Shown here: positions 10,344-19,958 of the stretch, in pieces
Layout: each line of letters opens with the position of its first letter
How positions within the stretch are numbered: the stretch's first letter is position 1
NCBI GenBank assembly: GCA_031409275.1
Contig: JANNXA010000016.1
Span: forward strand, 64,001 to 128,000
From: Planctomycetota bacterium
GTDB lineage: Bacteria; Planctomycetota; B15-G4; SIAN01
DNA length: 64,000 bases
Reading direction: 5' to 3'
The notes under the pieces: generated by a model
What the model was told of the DNA's origin: nothing
Database searches by the model: none
What the model saw: only the letters and a program-made list of their open reading frames with translations
Position numbers and translations under genes: made by a program

Positions 10344-11843
10344 TCAGCGCTCCGTGCGCCGGTGACCCAGCAGCCATTCGATGGCGTGCGGCAGTTGCGC
10401 GGTGACCAGCAGCGTGTGGCCGAAGGCAGCGTGCTCTTCGATTTCGAGCGGCGCGCCGCGCGCCTGCGCCGCCCGCGCACCGCGCAGCAGCGGTCCCGGC
10501 GGCACGATCGGATCGATGGCACCCACCAGCAGCAGCGTCGGCGGCAGCTCGTCGCTCGGGGAGGAGGCGCCGCCGAAGCTCCCGCCGGCCAGGCACGCGG
10601 CGGCGGCCCACCGCTGCGGCACCTGACGCGCGAGCTGCGCCGTCGCGCCGGCTCCCATCGAGTGGCCGAGCAGGTAGACGCGCGCGCGATCGACGGCGTA
10701 GAGACGAGCCATCTCCTCGATCAGCGCGTCGACATGGCGCGCGTCGCTGGCGAAGAGGCTCGTCTGCGGAGTCGCAACCAGGAAGCCGTGCTCGTCGGCG
10801 AGGCGCACCAGCAGCCCCGCGCCATAGCCGTCGATGAACATCCGCTCGTCGCCGCCGGCGCCGTGCAGCGCGATGACCAGCGGCGCCGGCGCCGCATCGG
10901 GCGGCACCAACGCGATCGGTGCGTAGGTGCAGAGCGGCAGCTCGCGCCGCCCCACCTGCAGCACGCGCCAGAGCTCGCCCGCGCGCCGGTCGTAGGGATC
11001 GCGACCGGCACGCAACGCGGCCGCTTCGGAGTGGACGGCGCGCAGCAGCGCGAGCGGCTCGGCCAGGAACTGCGCCGAGTTCAGCGCCGAAGGCGTGTCG
11101 GTCAGCAGCCGCGCGCGCGCCCGACAAGTGGCAAGCGACTCGGCAAGCGCGGCCGTCGGCGCCGCAACCGTCGAAAGCGACTCGATCAGCGACTCGCGCG
11201 CGCGATCGAACGAGGCGTGCGCCAACGTCGTCGCCGCGAGCTCGACCGCCGGTGCCCCTTCGTGCGATGCGATCAGCCGATGGCGGCCAGGCGCGAGCTC
11301 GATCGCCGCCAGCGGCAACGTGACCGTCGCGCGGCCGGCCGAGGAGAGGCGCAGCGGGGCGCTCCACGCGATGCCGCCGTCCGGTCGCAGCAGCGCCAGC
11401 GTCGCCGCACCAGCGGCCGTCGGCGTCGCGCCGTCGTGCAGCTCCGCGAGTGCTTCGAGGCGAAGCTCGAGCGACGCGGTCCCGTCCGCCATCACCACCA
11501 CGGGCGGCAGCCCGTCGACCCGCAGGCTCGCCAGCGTTCGCTGCAGCGGATCGGCGGCGAGCCCGTCGAGTTCGAGCGCGAGCGTCTCGAGCGTTGCGCA
11601 GCTCGTGGCGAAGGCGCCGGTGAAGAACGCGAGCGACGCGCGGTCGAACTCGCGATTCAGGCGTTCCGCGTCGGCGACGAGGCGCTCGGGATGGCGGGCG
11701 AGCGCCCGCTCGAAACGGAGATAGCTACGCGCAAGGTCGGCGCGCGTGGCGAGTACGCGGCGCGCGTCGACGCCGACCTCTTCCTGCCAGAGAGGCAGCA
11801 GCGCCGCCATCGTCGCCGCGACGAGCCATGCCGCCATCGTCAC
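10344..11843 (-). CDS. Secreted alpha/beta hydrolase (esterase/phospholipase-like)
   Basis: PLVIALHGAGG, DRARVYLLGHSMG (GxSxG), GAIDPIVP and terminal GH give a catalytic triad. Start is GTG 11843 (GTGA overlap) or ATG 11837. Confidence 0.85.
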   Translation of the reverse strand: MTMAAWLVAATMAALLPLWQEEVGVDARRVLATRADLARSYLRFERALARHPERLVADAERLNREFDRASLAFFTGAFATSCATLETLALELDGLAADPLQRTLASLRVDGLPPVVVMADGTASLELRLEALAELHDGATPTAAGAATLALLRPDGGIAWSAPLRLSSAGRATVTLPLAAIELAPGRHRLIASHEGAPAVELAATTLAHASFDRARESLIESLSTVAAPTAALAESLATCRARARLLTDTPSALNSAQFLAEPLALLRAVHSEAAALRAGRDPYDRRAGELWRVLQVGRRELPLCTYAPIALVPPDAAPAPLVIALHGAGGDERMFIDGYGAGLLVRLADEHGFLVATPQTSLFASDARHVDALIEEMARLYAVDRARVYLLGHSMGAGATAQLARQVPQRWAAAACLAGGSFGGASSPSDELPPTLLLVGAIDPIVPPGPLLRGARAAQARGAPLEIEEHAAFGHTLLVTAQLPHAIEWLLGHRRTER

Positions 11844-13198
11844 TTGCCGAGCAGGTGGCGCAGCGCGGCTTCGAGCGTCGGATAGCCCCACTGGTAGCCA
11901 GCCGACTGCAGTTTCGTCGGCGCCACCCGCTGGCTCGAAAGCAGCAGCTCGTCCGCCATCTCTCCGAAGACGAGGCGCGCGGCGAACGACGGCATCGGGA
12001 AGAGCGTCGGGCGGCCGAGCACGCGGCCGAGCGTCTTGGTGAACTCGTCGTTGGTGACCGGCGTCGGCGCCACCACGTTCACCGCGCCGCGCAGCGACTC
12101 CTCCTGCAACGCCTTCGCCACCGCGCCGATCACGTCGTCGAGGGCGATGAAGCTCATCCACTGCCGGCCATTGCCGATGCGTCCGCCGACGCCCATTCGA
12201 AACGGCGGCAGCATCTTCTTCAGCGCTCCGCCCGCGGCCGAGAGGATGACACCGAAGCGCAGGTGCACCACGCGGATGCCGGCGTCGACCGCGGCCTGCG
12301 TCGCCGCTTCCCATTCGCGACAGACGTCGGCGAGGAAGCCGCTGCCGAGCGAACTCTGCTCGTCGAGCCATGCGTCGCCGCGCGTGCCGTAGAAGCCGAT
12401 CGCCGAGGCGCAGATCAGCACCTTCGGCTTCTTCGCGAGACCAGCAAGGCCGCGCGACAGGAGCCTGGTGCCCACCACGCGGCTGTCGCGGAGGCGCTGC
12501 TTCTTCGCCGCGTTCCAGCGACCGTCGGCGATGCTGTCGCCTGCGAGGTGGACCACGGCGTCGATGCCCTCGAGCGGGCGCGCGTCGAACTCGCCTCGAT
12601 CCGGCCGCCAGCCGACATCGGTCGGCGCGCCGCTCTCGCGCACGAGACGACGCACCGAGTGGCCGCCGGCCGTGAGGAACGGCACCAGCGCCGAGCCGAC
12701 CAATCCGCTCGAACCGGAAACGACGACGTTCATCGGACGACTCCCGAGATGGCAGCGCAGGTCGAATGCGGTGACGCGATGTCGCCACGCGAAGGCACGT
12801 TCAAGCGAAGCACGGGCCCAACCGGCAGCGGGCGCGGACCACGGCGCGAGCGGCAGTTGCCACTCGATGTCGTCTTCGAGGATCGAGCCGCCGGGGGCCG
12901 CAAGGAAGCGGTGCGTGTGGTCGAACTGGCGAAACGGGCCTGATCGCTGCACGTCGCGGAAGCGCTCGCCGGGCACGTGCTCGATGTGTTCGGCCACCCA
13001 GCGCCGCGAGAACGGGCCGAGGTGCACGCGCAGGATCGCGCGCGTGCCCGCGGAAAGGCCGGTCGGCGCCTGCTCCAGCGTGACGCGCTGCCATGGCGGC
13101 GACAGGCGCTCGAAGGCGCCCGGCCGCGCGTGCCAGTCGTGGAGAGCGTTCGCGTCGACCGGCATCGCGCTGCGAAAAATGGAGTGTTGGGCTGCCAT
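11840..13198 (-). CDS. SRPBCC-domain + TIGR01777 (YfcH-like) NAD-dependent epimerase family protein
   Basis: N-terminal WHARPGAFERLSPPW...FRDVQRSGPF (SRPBCC). Then VSGSSGLVG, VVHLAG, ASAIGFYG, GNGRQWMSFI, LLLSSQRVAP. Confidence 0.92.
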   Translation of the reverse strand: MAAQHSIFRSAMPVDANALHDWHARPGAFERLSPPWQRVTLEQAPTGLSAGTRAILRVHLGPFSRRWVAEHIEHVPGERFRDVQRSGPFRQFDHTHRFLAAPGGSILEDDIEWQLPLAPWSAPAAGWARASLERAFAWRHRVTAFDLRCHLGSRPMNVVVSGSSGLVGSALVPFLTAGGHSVRRLVRESGAPTDVGWRPDRGEFDARPLEGIDAVVHLAGDSIADGRWNAAKKQRLRDSRVVGTRLLSRGLAGLAKKPKVLICASAIGFYGTRGDAWLDEQSSLGSGFLADVCREWEAATQAAVDAGIRVVHLRFGVILSAAGGALKKMLPPFRMGVGGRIGNGRQWMSFIALDDVIGAVAKALQEESLRGAVNVVAPTPVTNDEFTKTLGRVLGRPTLFPMPSFAARLVFGEMADELLLSSQRVAPTKLQSAGYQWGYPTLEAALRHLLGK

Positions 13199-13205
13199 GG
13201 TCCGA

Positions 13206-14228
13206 TCACACGTGGTTTCGCAGCATGAGCTCTTTGGGATGCGGATCGAGGTAGGTCTGCATCGCGAGGTATCCGACCGCGAAGCGCCGCACGTAGTGGC
13301 GCAGCAGCGTCAGCGGGACGATCAGCGGGACGAGCCCGGCGCCGAAATCGGTGATCGACTGCGAAAGCTCCTGGCGGCCCGACGCGTCGAGTTGCTCGCT
13401 CACGTAGCCGGCCATGTGCTGCAGCACGTTCACGTGCCGTCGCGTCGGCGCCAGCGTGGCCAGCGCCTCCATGAACTTCCGGCGGTAGTCGACGGCGAGC
13501 TCGGCGCGCGGCCGCCCTTTCGCATGCGCGACCAGGCGTCCAAGCTCCTGGTAGAGCTTGGGCGAATGGGCCATCAGCAGCAGCTTCTCGCGCGAATGGA
13601 ACGCGACGAGGTCGCCGACGGTGAACGGGACGTCGAAGCGATCGCGCAGCCGCCGCCAGGCGAACAGGCGCTCGAAGAAGTTCTCGCGCAGGCGCGGGTC
13701 GTGGAGACGTCCATCCTCTTCCATCGGCAGCTGCGGGAACGCGGCGCTCATGGCCGCGGCGAAGAGCCCCTGGCCGCTCTTGTTGGGCATGCCGTTCTTG
13801 TCGTACACGCGCACGCGCATCAGGCCGCACGACGGCGAGTCCTTCTTGAAGACGAACCCGCAAAGATCGGCTCCGGCCAATCCCGCCGAGCGCTCCTTCG
13901 CCAACGTCGTCATGCCCGCGGTGTGGTCGGTGCCGCTCTTGCGCGCGATCAGTCGCAGCCCGTCATCGCCTTGCACCAGCCGCAACGTCTCCCGCGGCAC
14001 GCCAAGCCCCAGTTCGAACTCGGGGCAGACCGGCACCCACTCGACGAAGCGCCCGACCGTCTCGACGAGGAAGGGGTCGCGCTCGTGGCCGGCGTTCCAG
14101 CGCACCTTCTGACCCAGGAGGCAGGCCGAGATGCCGACGCGAAGGGGCGCCGCGAGGCGCGCCGCATCCGCCGAGAAACTGGCATCGGGAGCGGCCATCG
14201 CGGGGGCACGAGGCGCCAGATCGTCCAT
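13206..14228 (-). CDS. DUF523 (2-thiouracil desulfurase-like) + DUF1722 protein, YbgA family
   Basis: GISACLLGQKVRWNAGH, PVCPE..LGLGVPRE, KKDSPSCG, EEDGRL, FHSREKLLLMAH, QTYLDPHPKELMLRNHV. Confidence 0.92.
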   Translation of the reverse strand: MDDLAPRAPAMAAPDASFSADAARLAAPLRVGISACLLGQKVRWNAGHERDPFLVETVGRFVEWVPVCPEFELGLGVPRETLRLVQGDDGLRLIARKSGTDHTAGMTTLAKERSAGLAGADLCGFVFKKDSPSCGLMRVRVYDKNGMPNKSGQGLFAAAMSAAFPQLPMEEDGRLHDPRLRENFFERLFAWRRLRDRFDVPFTVGDLVAFHSREKLLLMAHSPKLYQELGRLVAHAKGRPRAELAVDYRRKFMEALATLAPTRRHVNVLQHMAGYVSEQLDASGRQELSQSITDFGAGLVPLIVPLTLLRHYVRRFAVGYLAMQTYLDPHPKELMLRNHV

Positions 14229-14675
14229 CGAATCCTCCCCGAGCGCCCGGAAGGCGGCCGCTCGATGTCGGGGGAGAATAGCCACAAAACGTTCAAATCG
14301 TCAGCGCAAACTCCCCCCAAACGCGGGGATCGCTCCCGCACCGATCGGAGTGCCACCTCGGCCACCCGCGCGCAGCTCTTCCGGCCACGCGTTCGCGCGT
14401 TCCCATCGGTCGCGAGCGCGCGGCCCGATGACGGTGCGCTCCTCTGGCGGAGCACCCACGAGCGCAGCAGACCGGACGTCGCCACGACGAGGGCGCGCGC
14501 AGAGTCGAATCGTTGCGGCCGTCCGCGGCGACCGCCGCCATTCGAAGCAGCCGGGGATCTGCAACTTCGCGAATCGCGCGCACAGTTCCGAGCGCTGCGA
14601 CACGAGGCCTTCGATCACGACCTCGCCTCTCTCGTCGAGCGTCCGATGCGAGGGCTGCTACGCTCGCGCCCCACG

Positions 14676-15659
14676 ATGACGACTCAACTCGCCGATCCGC
14701 GCCCGTTCTACAAATCGCTCGCGCCGCTGCTGGTCTGGCAGACGTTGCCGCGGCCGGCTGATTGGAGCGCGCTCTTCGGCCGCTCGGCGCCGCTGACCGT
14801 CGAGATCGGCATCGGCAACGGCGAGTTCCTGGCGCGCGAATCGGCCGCCCACCCGGAGCGCGACCACGTCGGCATCGAGATGCGCTGGTCGAGCGTGAAG
14901 CGGTCGCTGCGCAACCTCTCGAAGGTGGCGCCACCCGCCGGAGCGGCGCCGCCCGCGCGCGGCAACGTCCGCCTCCTGCTCGACGACGCGCGCCCGCTGC
15001 TCGAACGCTGCTTCGCGCCGCGCTCGATCGCGCGCGTGTTCGTCCTCTTCCCGTGCCCGTGGCGCAAGGACCAGCACGAGAAGCACCGCCTCTTCCATCG
15101 GGACTTCTGCGAGCTGCTGAACAACCGTCTCGTGGACGACGGCGAGGCGCTGCTGGTCACCGACTGGACGCCGTTCGCCGAATGGACGCTGGAGCAGCTG
15201 CCCGGCACCGGTTTCGCCGTCGACCACCGCCTGATCGACCCGACCTTCGACACCAAGTACGAACGCAAATGGCAGTCGCTCGGCCGCGACCGTTTCCATG
15301 AAGTGCGCATGCGCAAGGTCGACCATCGCAGCGTCGCGCTGCCAGAGGATCACCCGTTGAATCCGCCCCACCTCGCCGCCGTCGACCTCGATCGCGTCGC
15401 GCCAATCGACCTGTTCGGGCCGATCACCATCACCTTCAAGGAGACGGTCCACGACCGCGAGCGCCAGATCGCGATGATCCGCGCCGTGGTGGTCGAGGAG
15501 CCGCTCACGCAGATGGTGTGGATCACCGTCGCGCGCGAGAAGGATGGCAGCTGGTGGATCGTGCCGTCGCGCGGCTGCCAGATGGTGCCGACCGCCGGAT
15601 TGCAGCTCGCCCTCGAGCGCGTGGCCGAAGCGGCGCGCGCCACCGTCGCCACGCCATGA
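14676..15659 (+). CDS. trmB: tRNA (guanine-N7)-methyltransferase TrmB-like protein with C-terminal extension
   Basis: VEIGIGNGEFL, GIE, NVRLL, FPCPWRK..HEKHRL, VTDW, TKYERKW. About 100 extra C-terminal residues. Confidence 0.85.
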   Translation: MTTQLADPRPFYKSLAPLLVWQTLPRPADWSALFGRSAPLTVEIGIGNGEFLARESAAHPERDHVGIEMRWSSVKRSLRNLSKVAPPAGAAPPARGNVRLLLDDARPLLERCFAPRSIARVFVLFPCPWRKDQHEKHRLFHRDFCELLNNRLVDDGEALLVTDWTPFAEWTLEQLPGTGFAVDHRLIDPTFDTKYERKWQSLGRDRFHEVRMRKVDHRSVALPEDHPLNPPHLAAVDLDRVAPIDLFGPITITFKETVHDRERQIAMIRAVVVEEPLTQMVWITVAREKDGSWWIVPSRGCQMVPTAGLQLALERVAEAARATVATP

Positions 15660-16573
15660 AACGGCTCGGCGCGCTCGAAACGGGCGGCACCACGACACGA
15701 GTCGCGGTCGCCGACTCCGCGTCGATCGACGCCGCGAGCGCCATCGCCCCGTTCGCCGCTCGCGCCAGCTTCGCGACCAGCGATCCGGCGACGACGCTCG
15801 GCCACGTGGCGGCGTTCTTTCGCGCCCACCCGATCGACGCGCTCGGCATTGCGGCGTTCGGACCGCTCGATCTGGTCGAAGGCTCGCCGACCTACGGCGC
15901 GCTGCTCGCCACTCCGAAGCCGGGCTGGTCGCGCTATCCGTTGCGCCATGCGCTCGAACACGCGCTGCAGGTGCCGGTGATGATCGATACCGACGTCGGC
16001 GCCGCGGCACTCGCGGAGCAGCACGCCGCGTTGAGCGCCAGCGTCGCCGGCGGCAATGGCACGCTCGCCTACGTCACGGTCGGCACCGGCGTCGGTGTCG
16101 GCCTCGCGCTTGGCGGCCGCATCCACCACGGCGCGCTCCATCCCGAAGCGGGCCACCTGCGCGTCGCGCGGGCGAGCGGCGACGTCTTCGCCGGCCTCTG
16201 CCCGTTCCACGGCGACTGCCTCGAAGGGCTCGCAAGCGGTCCCGCGCTCGCCGCGCGCGCTGGCGGCGATCCGGCCCGGCTGCCGCGCGAATCACCGGCG
16301 CTGCGGGCGGCGCTCGCGATCGAGGCCGACTACCTCGCGCAACTGGTCGTCACGTTGGTCGGGCTGCTAGCGCCGCATCGGATCGTGATGGGCGGAGGAG
16401 TGCTGCAGAGCGAGGGCTTGCTCGACGCCGTGCGCGGCCGCGCTGTCGCGCTGACGAATGGCTACGCGCCCGCGCTCGCCGATGGCGTGAGCGCGGCGCA
16501 GCTCGTCGTGCCGCCCCGATTCGCGGGTGACTCAGGGCTCGTCGGCGCGTTGCTGCTGGCGGCCGGCCGCTGA
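15656..16573 (+). CDS. ROK family sugar kinase (fructokinase-like)
   Basis: ALETGGT, GIAAFGPLDL, TPKPGW, DTDVGAAALAE, YVTVGTGVG, HPEAGH, CPFHGDCLEGLASG. ATGA overlap with trmB. Confidence 0.92.
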   Translation: MKRLGALETGGTTTRVAVADSASIDAASAIAPFAARASFATSDPATTLGHVAAFFRAHPIDALGIAAFGPLDLVEGSPTYGALLATPKPGWSRYPLRHALEHALQVPVMIDTDVGAAALAEQHAALSASVAGGNGTLAYVTVGTGVGVGLALGGRIHHGALHPEAGHLRVARASGDVFAGLCPFHGDCLEGLASGPALAARAGGDPARLPRESPALRAALAIEADYLAQLVVTLVGLLAPHRIVMGGGVLQSEGLLDAVRGRAVALTNGYAPALADGVSAAQLVVPPRFAGDSGLVGALLLAAGR

Positions 16574-16607
16574 CCGTCGAGCGGTCGCGCGCGCCGAATC
16601 GCGCGGA

Positions 16608-19600
16608 TCACTCCTCGAAGAGCGCGACGACGCACGATCCGTCGAGCCGCACGAGCAGCGTGTCGGGCTCGGCCCCCGGCTGCGCATCGAGTCGCTCGAA
16701 GCGACGCGTGGCGCGATCGAGTCGTCGCACCTGAAGACGCGCCACGTCGCTGCCCGCTGGCGCATGCAGCAGCAGCGTCACCGGAATGGCGAAGGGAGCC
16801 GGAGCGCGGCCGAGTTCGATCGCATGGATTCGGCCGATGGTGGCGTGCGCCGCGGCGACGGGCGCGACGACGCTTCCGGCGGCATCGATGTAGAGCGGCG
16901 GCCCGGCCGTGCTGGCGATCGCGAGCAGATCCGCGTCGGCGCTGCTGCCCACCGGCAGGCGCAACTCGAGCGCGCCATCGAAGTTCGCCACCGCGGCCTG
17001 CGCGTCGGGGCCGACCACGGCGCGGACGACATCGACCACCAACGTCACGTCGCCGCGCGCGCCGCCCGGCACCGTCAGTTCGACGCCGAGCCGCGAGCCG
17101 TCCCAGATCGACTCGGGCAGTGCGGCACCGAAGAGCTCGGGCGTCGCCGGCAACGGCATGAGTTCGATCGAGCCGACCGGGTCAGGCACGTTGCGCACTC
17201 GCATTCGCGGCGCGCCATCGGGCGGCGTCCACGGGATCACCTCGATCGCCCCGCCCGCGGCCACACCGCGCGCGCGCTCGGGGTGAACGACGACGAGCGG
17301 CGGCGGGCCGAGCGAATCGCTGCGGCCGCCCTCGAGCTCGAGCGTGTAGCGATCGCGTCGCTCGCGCAGCGTGAACTCGGCGCGCTGGCCATCCTTCACC
17401 GCGGTGACGCGATCGCCAACGTGGACGCCCATGAGGCCGATCGTGCCATCGCCGTAGCTCACGCCCTGGTAGAGCGTGCGCCGGTCGTGCGCCTGCTCGA
17501 CGTGGACGACGACGCCCGACTGTTCCGCCGTACCGAGGCCGGCGAGCCGCAGCGTCGCGTCGAAGCCGCCGCTGTCGCCGTCACGGATCACCAGCGCCAA
17601 CTCGTCGCCGACATGGTTCTCGAAGGGCGGCGGCACCACACCGCCACGTTCGAGCGGCGTGGTCACCGGCGCGAAGGAGTCGCCGCGCATCCCTTCGTGC
17701 CATTCCTCGATCTGCTGCCAGCAACTGCGGCCATTCCACATGCCTTGGTTGGTGTAGGCCTGGTGGTTGCCGTGCCAGCAGATCTTCCAGTCCGAATACT
17801 GGTAGCCCATGATGCAGCGGCACATCTCGGGGTAGCTCAAGCCGCGGTACTCACCCTGCGGAGCGCCGAGGTACTCGTCGAAGAGCCCGAGCCCGTAGTG
17901 GCCGAACTCGTGCACGACGGTGCTGTAGTGGCCGCGCGCATCCCACGGCCCTTCCCAGTGGCGGCCGAAGTTGATCGCCGTGTTCCATGGCGCGTTGACG
18001 GCGTCGTAACGATGGCGGATGCCGGAGACGCTCGCGTTGGGATGGATGTGGTTGCACGCCCAATCCCACACGTCCGCCTGGTTCCAGCCGACGCCGCCGT
18101 CGACGATGACGACCCGGCCGTAGGTCAGCTGGCCGTCGCTCGCGGCGTAGAGGAACTCGGCCGCACGGCGCATCCCACGCCCGATCTCCTCGAGATAGGC
18201 GCGCGACGCATCCCATTCGGCGCAGACGTAGAGCGAGTAGCGCGTGGTCGAGCGGGCCAGCACGATGTCGCGGCCGCCTCCGGGCGTGACGGTCGGCAAC
18301 TGCTCGCGGCCGTCGTTGCCGATGGTCGCGCTGGAAAGCACGACGTCGTAGAGCAGGTTCTCGACGTCCTCGCGCCGCTCCTTCGCCGCAGGCTCGCGCC
18401 AGATCACCTTGCGCGCGCGCACCTGCCAGCCGCCGGCCGGCACGCCGCCGAACCCGTAGCCGCCGCCGCCATCCGAGATCGTTCGCGCGATCGCCTGGCC
18501 GTCGCGTTCCAACGTGACGTCGGCGCCGGCGACCGGCCGACCTTGCACGTCGAGGATGCGGCCGCTCAGGTTGCTGGCCCACGGCACGGGGACACCAACG
18601 TCGATCGTCTTGCGGCTGCGCGCCCCGTCGCGACCGCTCGACACCTCGAAACGGACCAACTGCGCGCCGCCGCTCGCGAGGTTCGGACGCACGATCCAGC
18701 TGCGCTGCACGATGGCATCGAGCGGCAAGTCGCCCAGCCGCGTTGCATCTTCGGGCGCGGCCAGAAGCTCGAGTCCCGGCGAGAAGGAGGCATCGATGCG
18801 CAGCTGCGCGCACGGCCCGACCGCACCATTCAGCGCGTTCTCGAGCTCGACCACGACGCGCGTCGCGTCGCTGGCCGGCAACGGCTCGAGGAAGGCGCGG
18901 CTGCGAACCGGCGCACGCTCGTCCAGCGGCGCGGGCGCGCCACGTTCGGCAGCCCCGAATTCCGCGGCGAGCGAGCGAGTCGCGCCGGGAGGCAGTGGCG
19001 CCGGATCGGCGTAGAGGGCGAGCGCGCTGTCGGGGCCGAGCGGCAGGTCGGGCGTGAACGCAAGATCGAAGGGGGCGGCGAGGAACGGCGCGAGCGGACC
19101 GAGCAGCAGGCGATCGGGAGCCTGGCCGCCGACACCACGCAGCGCCAGTTCGCGGCGACCGATGCCCACGACAGCGGGCAGCGCATCGCCAAGCCACTCG
19201 CCGGTCAGCGTCGCGATGCGGCGGCGGCCGAGGCGAAATTCCGGCGCATCATCGAAGCCGTCGATCAGGTCGAGCAGCAGGCGCGTGCCGACCACATGGG
19301 CAACGCCCCCGCGGTTCGAAACGTGGAGATCGAGACGAACTCGCGTGCGCGCCGCGACGTCCTGTTCGTCGACCCGTGGCGTCGCTCCGGTGAGGACGAC
19401 GACCACTTCGAGGTCGCCCTCGCGCGTCACCAGTTGCAGCCCGTCGCCTCGCCCCGCGATCCCGGTGCGCGGCGCCAGCATGCGCGCCTCGCCATCGACC
19501 TCGAGCGAAACGCGGCTCGTCGTCGCATCGGGAAACAACGAGAGGAGCGGCGCGAAGCCGCCCTCCCCACGTTCCGGTCGCGCTGCTGCGGCGAAGCCGC

Positions 19601-19958
19601 CGTCTTCGCCAAGCGCGACGCTGAAGGCGCCGAGGTGCTGCACGGCGACGCCGCTCGCCGGCGCGGGAATCGTGGTCCCGTCGGCGTCAGGACCGGGCGC
19701 GAGGAAGGCCGCGAGACGCCGCCACTGCGCCGCCTTCCGCGCGAAGGGCGAATCGGCGGGCGCTGGCGATGCCGCGACGAGCGCGTCGGCAAGCGCGGGC
19801 ACTTCCGCGAACGCCCCGCGCTGCAGCGCCGCCAGCAGCACGCGGTAGCGCTCCGCCTCGCTGGCCGCGTCGTCGCTCGAGCCGGATCGCGCCAACGCCC
19901 CCGCCGTCGCCCCTGCGACCGCGATCGCCGCGACGAGCGCCCGAGCGCCGGCTCTCAC
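16608..19958 (-). CDS. Secreted multidomain protein with carboxypeptidase-regulatory-like domain and CLCA-like zinc metalloprotease domain
   Basis: GTG at 19958 overlaps the upstream stop. LSGRILDVQGRPVAGADVTL (CarboxypepD_reg); AAEFLYAASDGQLTYGRVVI; VVHEFGHYGLGLFDEY; CIMGY; SCW. Confidence 0.75.
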   Translation of the reverse strand: MRAGARALVAAIAVAGATAGALARSGSSDDAASEAERYRVLLAALQRGAFAEVPALADALVAASPAPADSPFARKAAQWRRLAAFLAPGPDADGTTIPAPASGVAVQHLGAFSVALGEDGGFAAAARPERGEGGFAPLLSLFPDATTSRVSLEVDGEARMLAPRTGIAGRGDGLQLVTREGDLEVVVVLTGATPRVDEQDVAARTRVRLDLHVSNRGGVAHVVGTRLLLDLIDGFDDAPEFRLGRRRIATLTGEWLGDALPAVVGIGRRELALRGVGGQAPDRLLLGPLAPFLAAPFDLAFTPDLPLGPDSALALYADPAPLPPGATRSLAAEFGAAERGAPAPLDERAPVRSRAFLEPLPASDATRVVVELENALNGAVGPCAQLRIDASFSPGLELLAAPEDATRLGDLPLDAIVQRSWIVRPNLASGGAQLVRFEVSSGRDGARSRKTIDVGVPVPWASNLSGRILDVQGRPVAGADVTLERDGQAIARTISDGGGGYGFGGVPAGGWQVRARKVIWREPAAKERREDVENLLYDVVLSSATIGNDGREQLPTVTPGGGRDIVLARSTTRYSLYVCAEWDASRAYLEEIGRGMRRAAEFLYAASDGQLTYGRVVIVDGGVGWNQADVWDWACNHIHPNASVSGIRHRYDAVNAPWNTAINFGRHWEGPWDARGHYSTVVHEFGHYGLGLFDEYLGAPQGEYRGLSYPEMCRCIMGYQYSDWKICWHGNHQAYTNQGMWNGRSCWQQIEEWHEGMRGDSFAPVTTPLERGGVVPPPFENHVGDELALVIRDGDSGGFDATLRLAGLGTAEQSGVVVHVEQAHDRRTLYQGVSYGDGTIGLMGVHVGDRVTAVKDGQRAEFTLRERRDRYTLELEGGRSDSLGPPPLVVVHPERARGVAAGGAIEVIPWTPPDGAPRMRVRNVPDPVGSIELMPLPATPELFGAALPESIWDGSRLGVELTVPGGARGDVTLVVDVVRAVVGPDAQAAVANFDGALELRLPVGSSADADLLAIASTAGPPLYIDAAGSVVAPVAAAHATIGRIHAIELGRAPAPFAIPVTLLLHAPAGSDVARLQVRRLDRATRRFERLDAQPGAEPDTLLVRLDGSCVVALFEE

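Noticed and set aside
9755..10522. N-terminal extensions given by the ORF track (also 12468-14675, 19959-20678, 23546-24478, 55543-57063)
   Set aside because: They overlap other well-supported genes. Internal starts with stop/start overlaps or signal peptides fit better.
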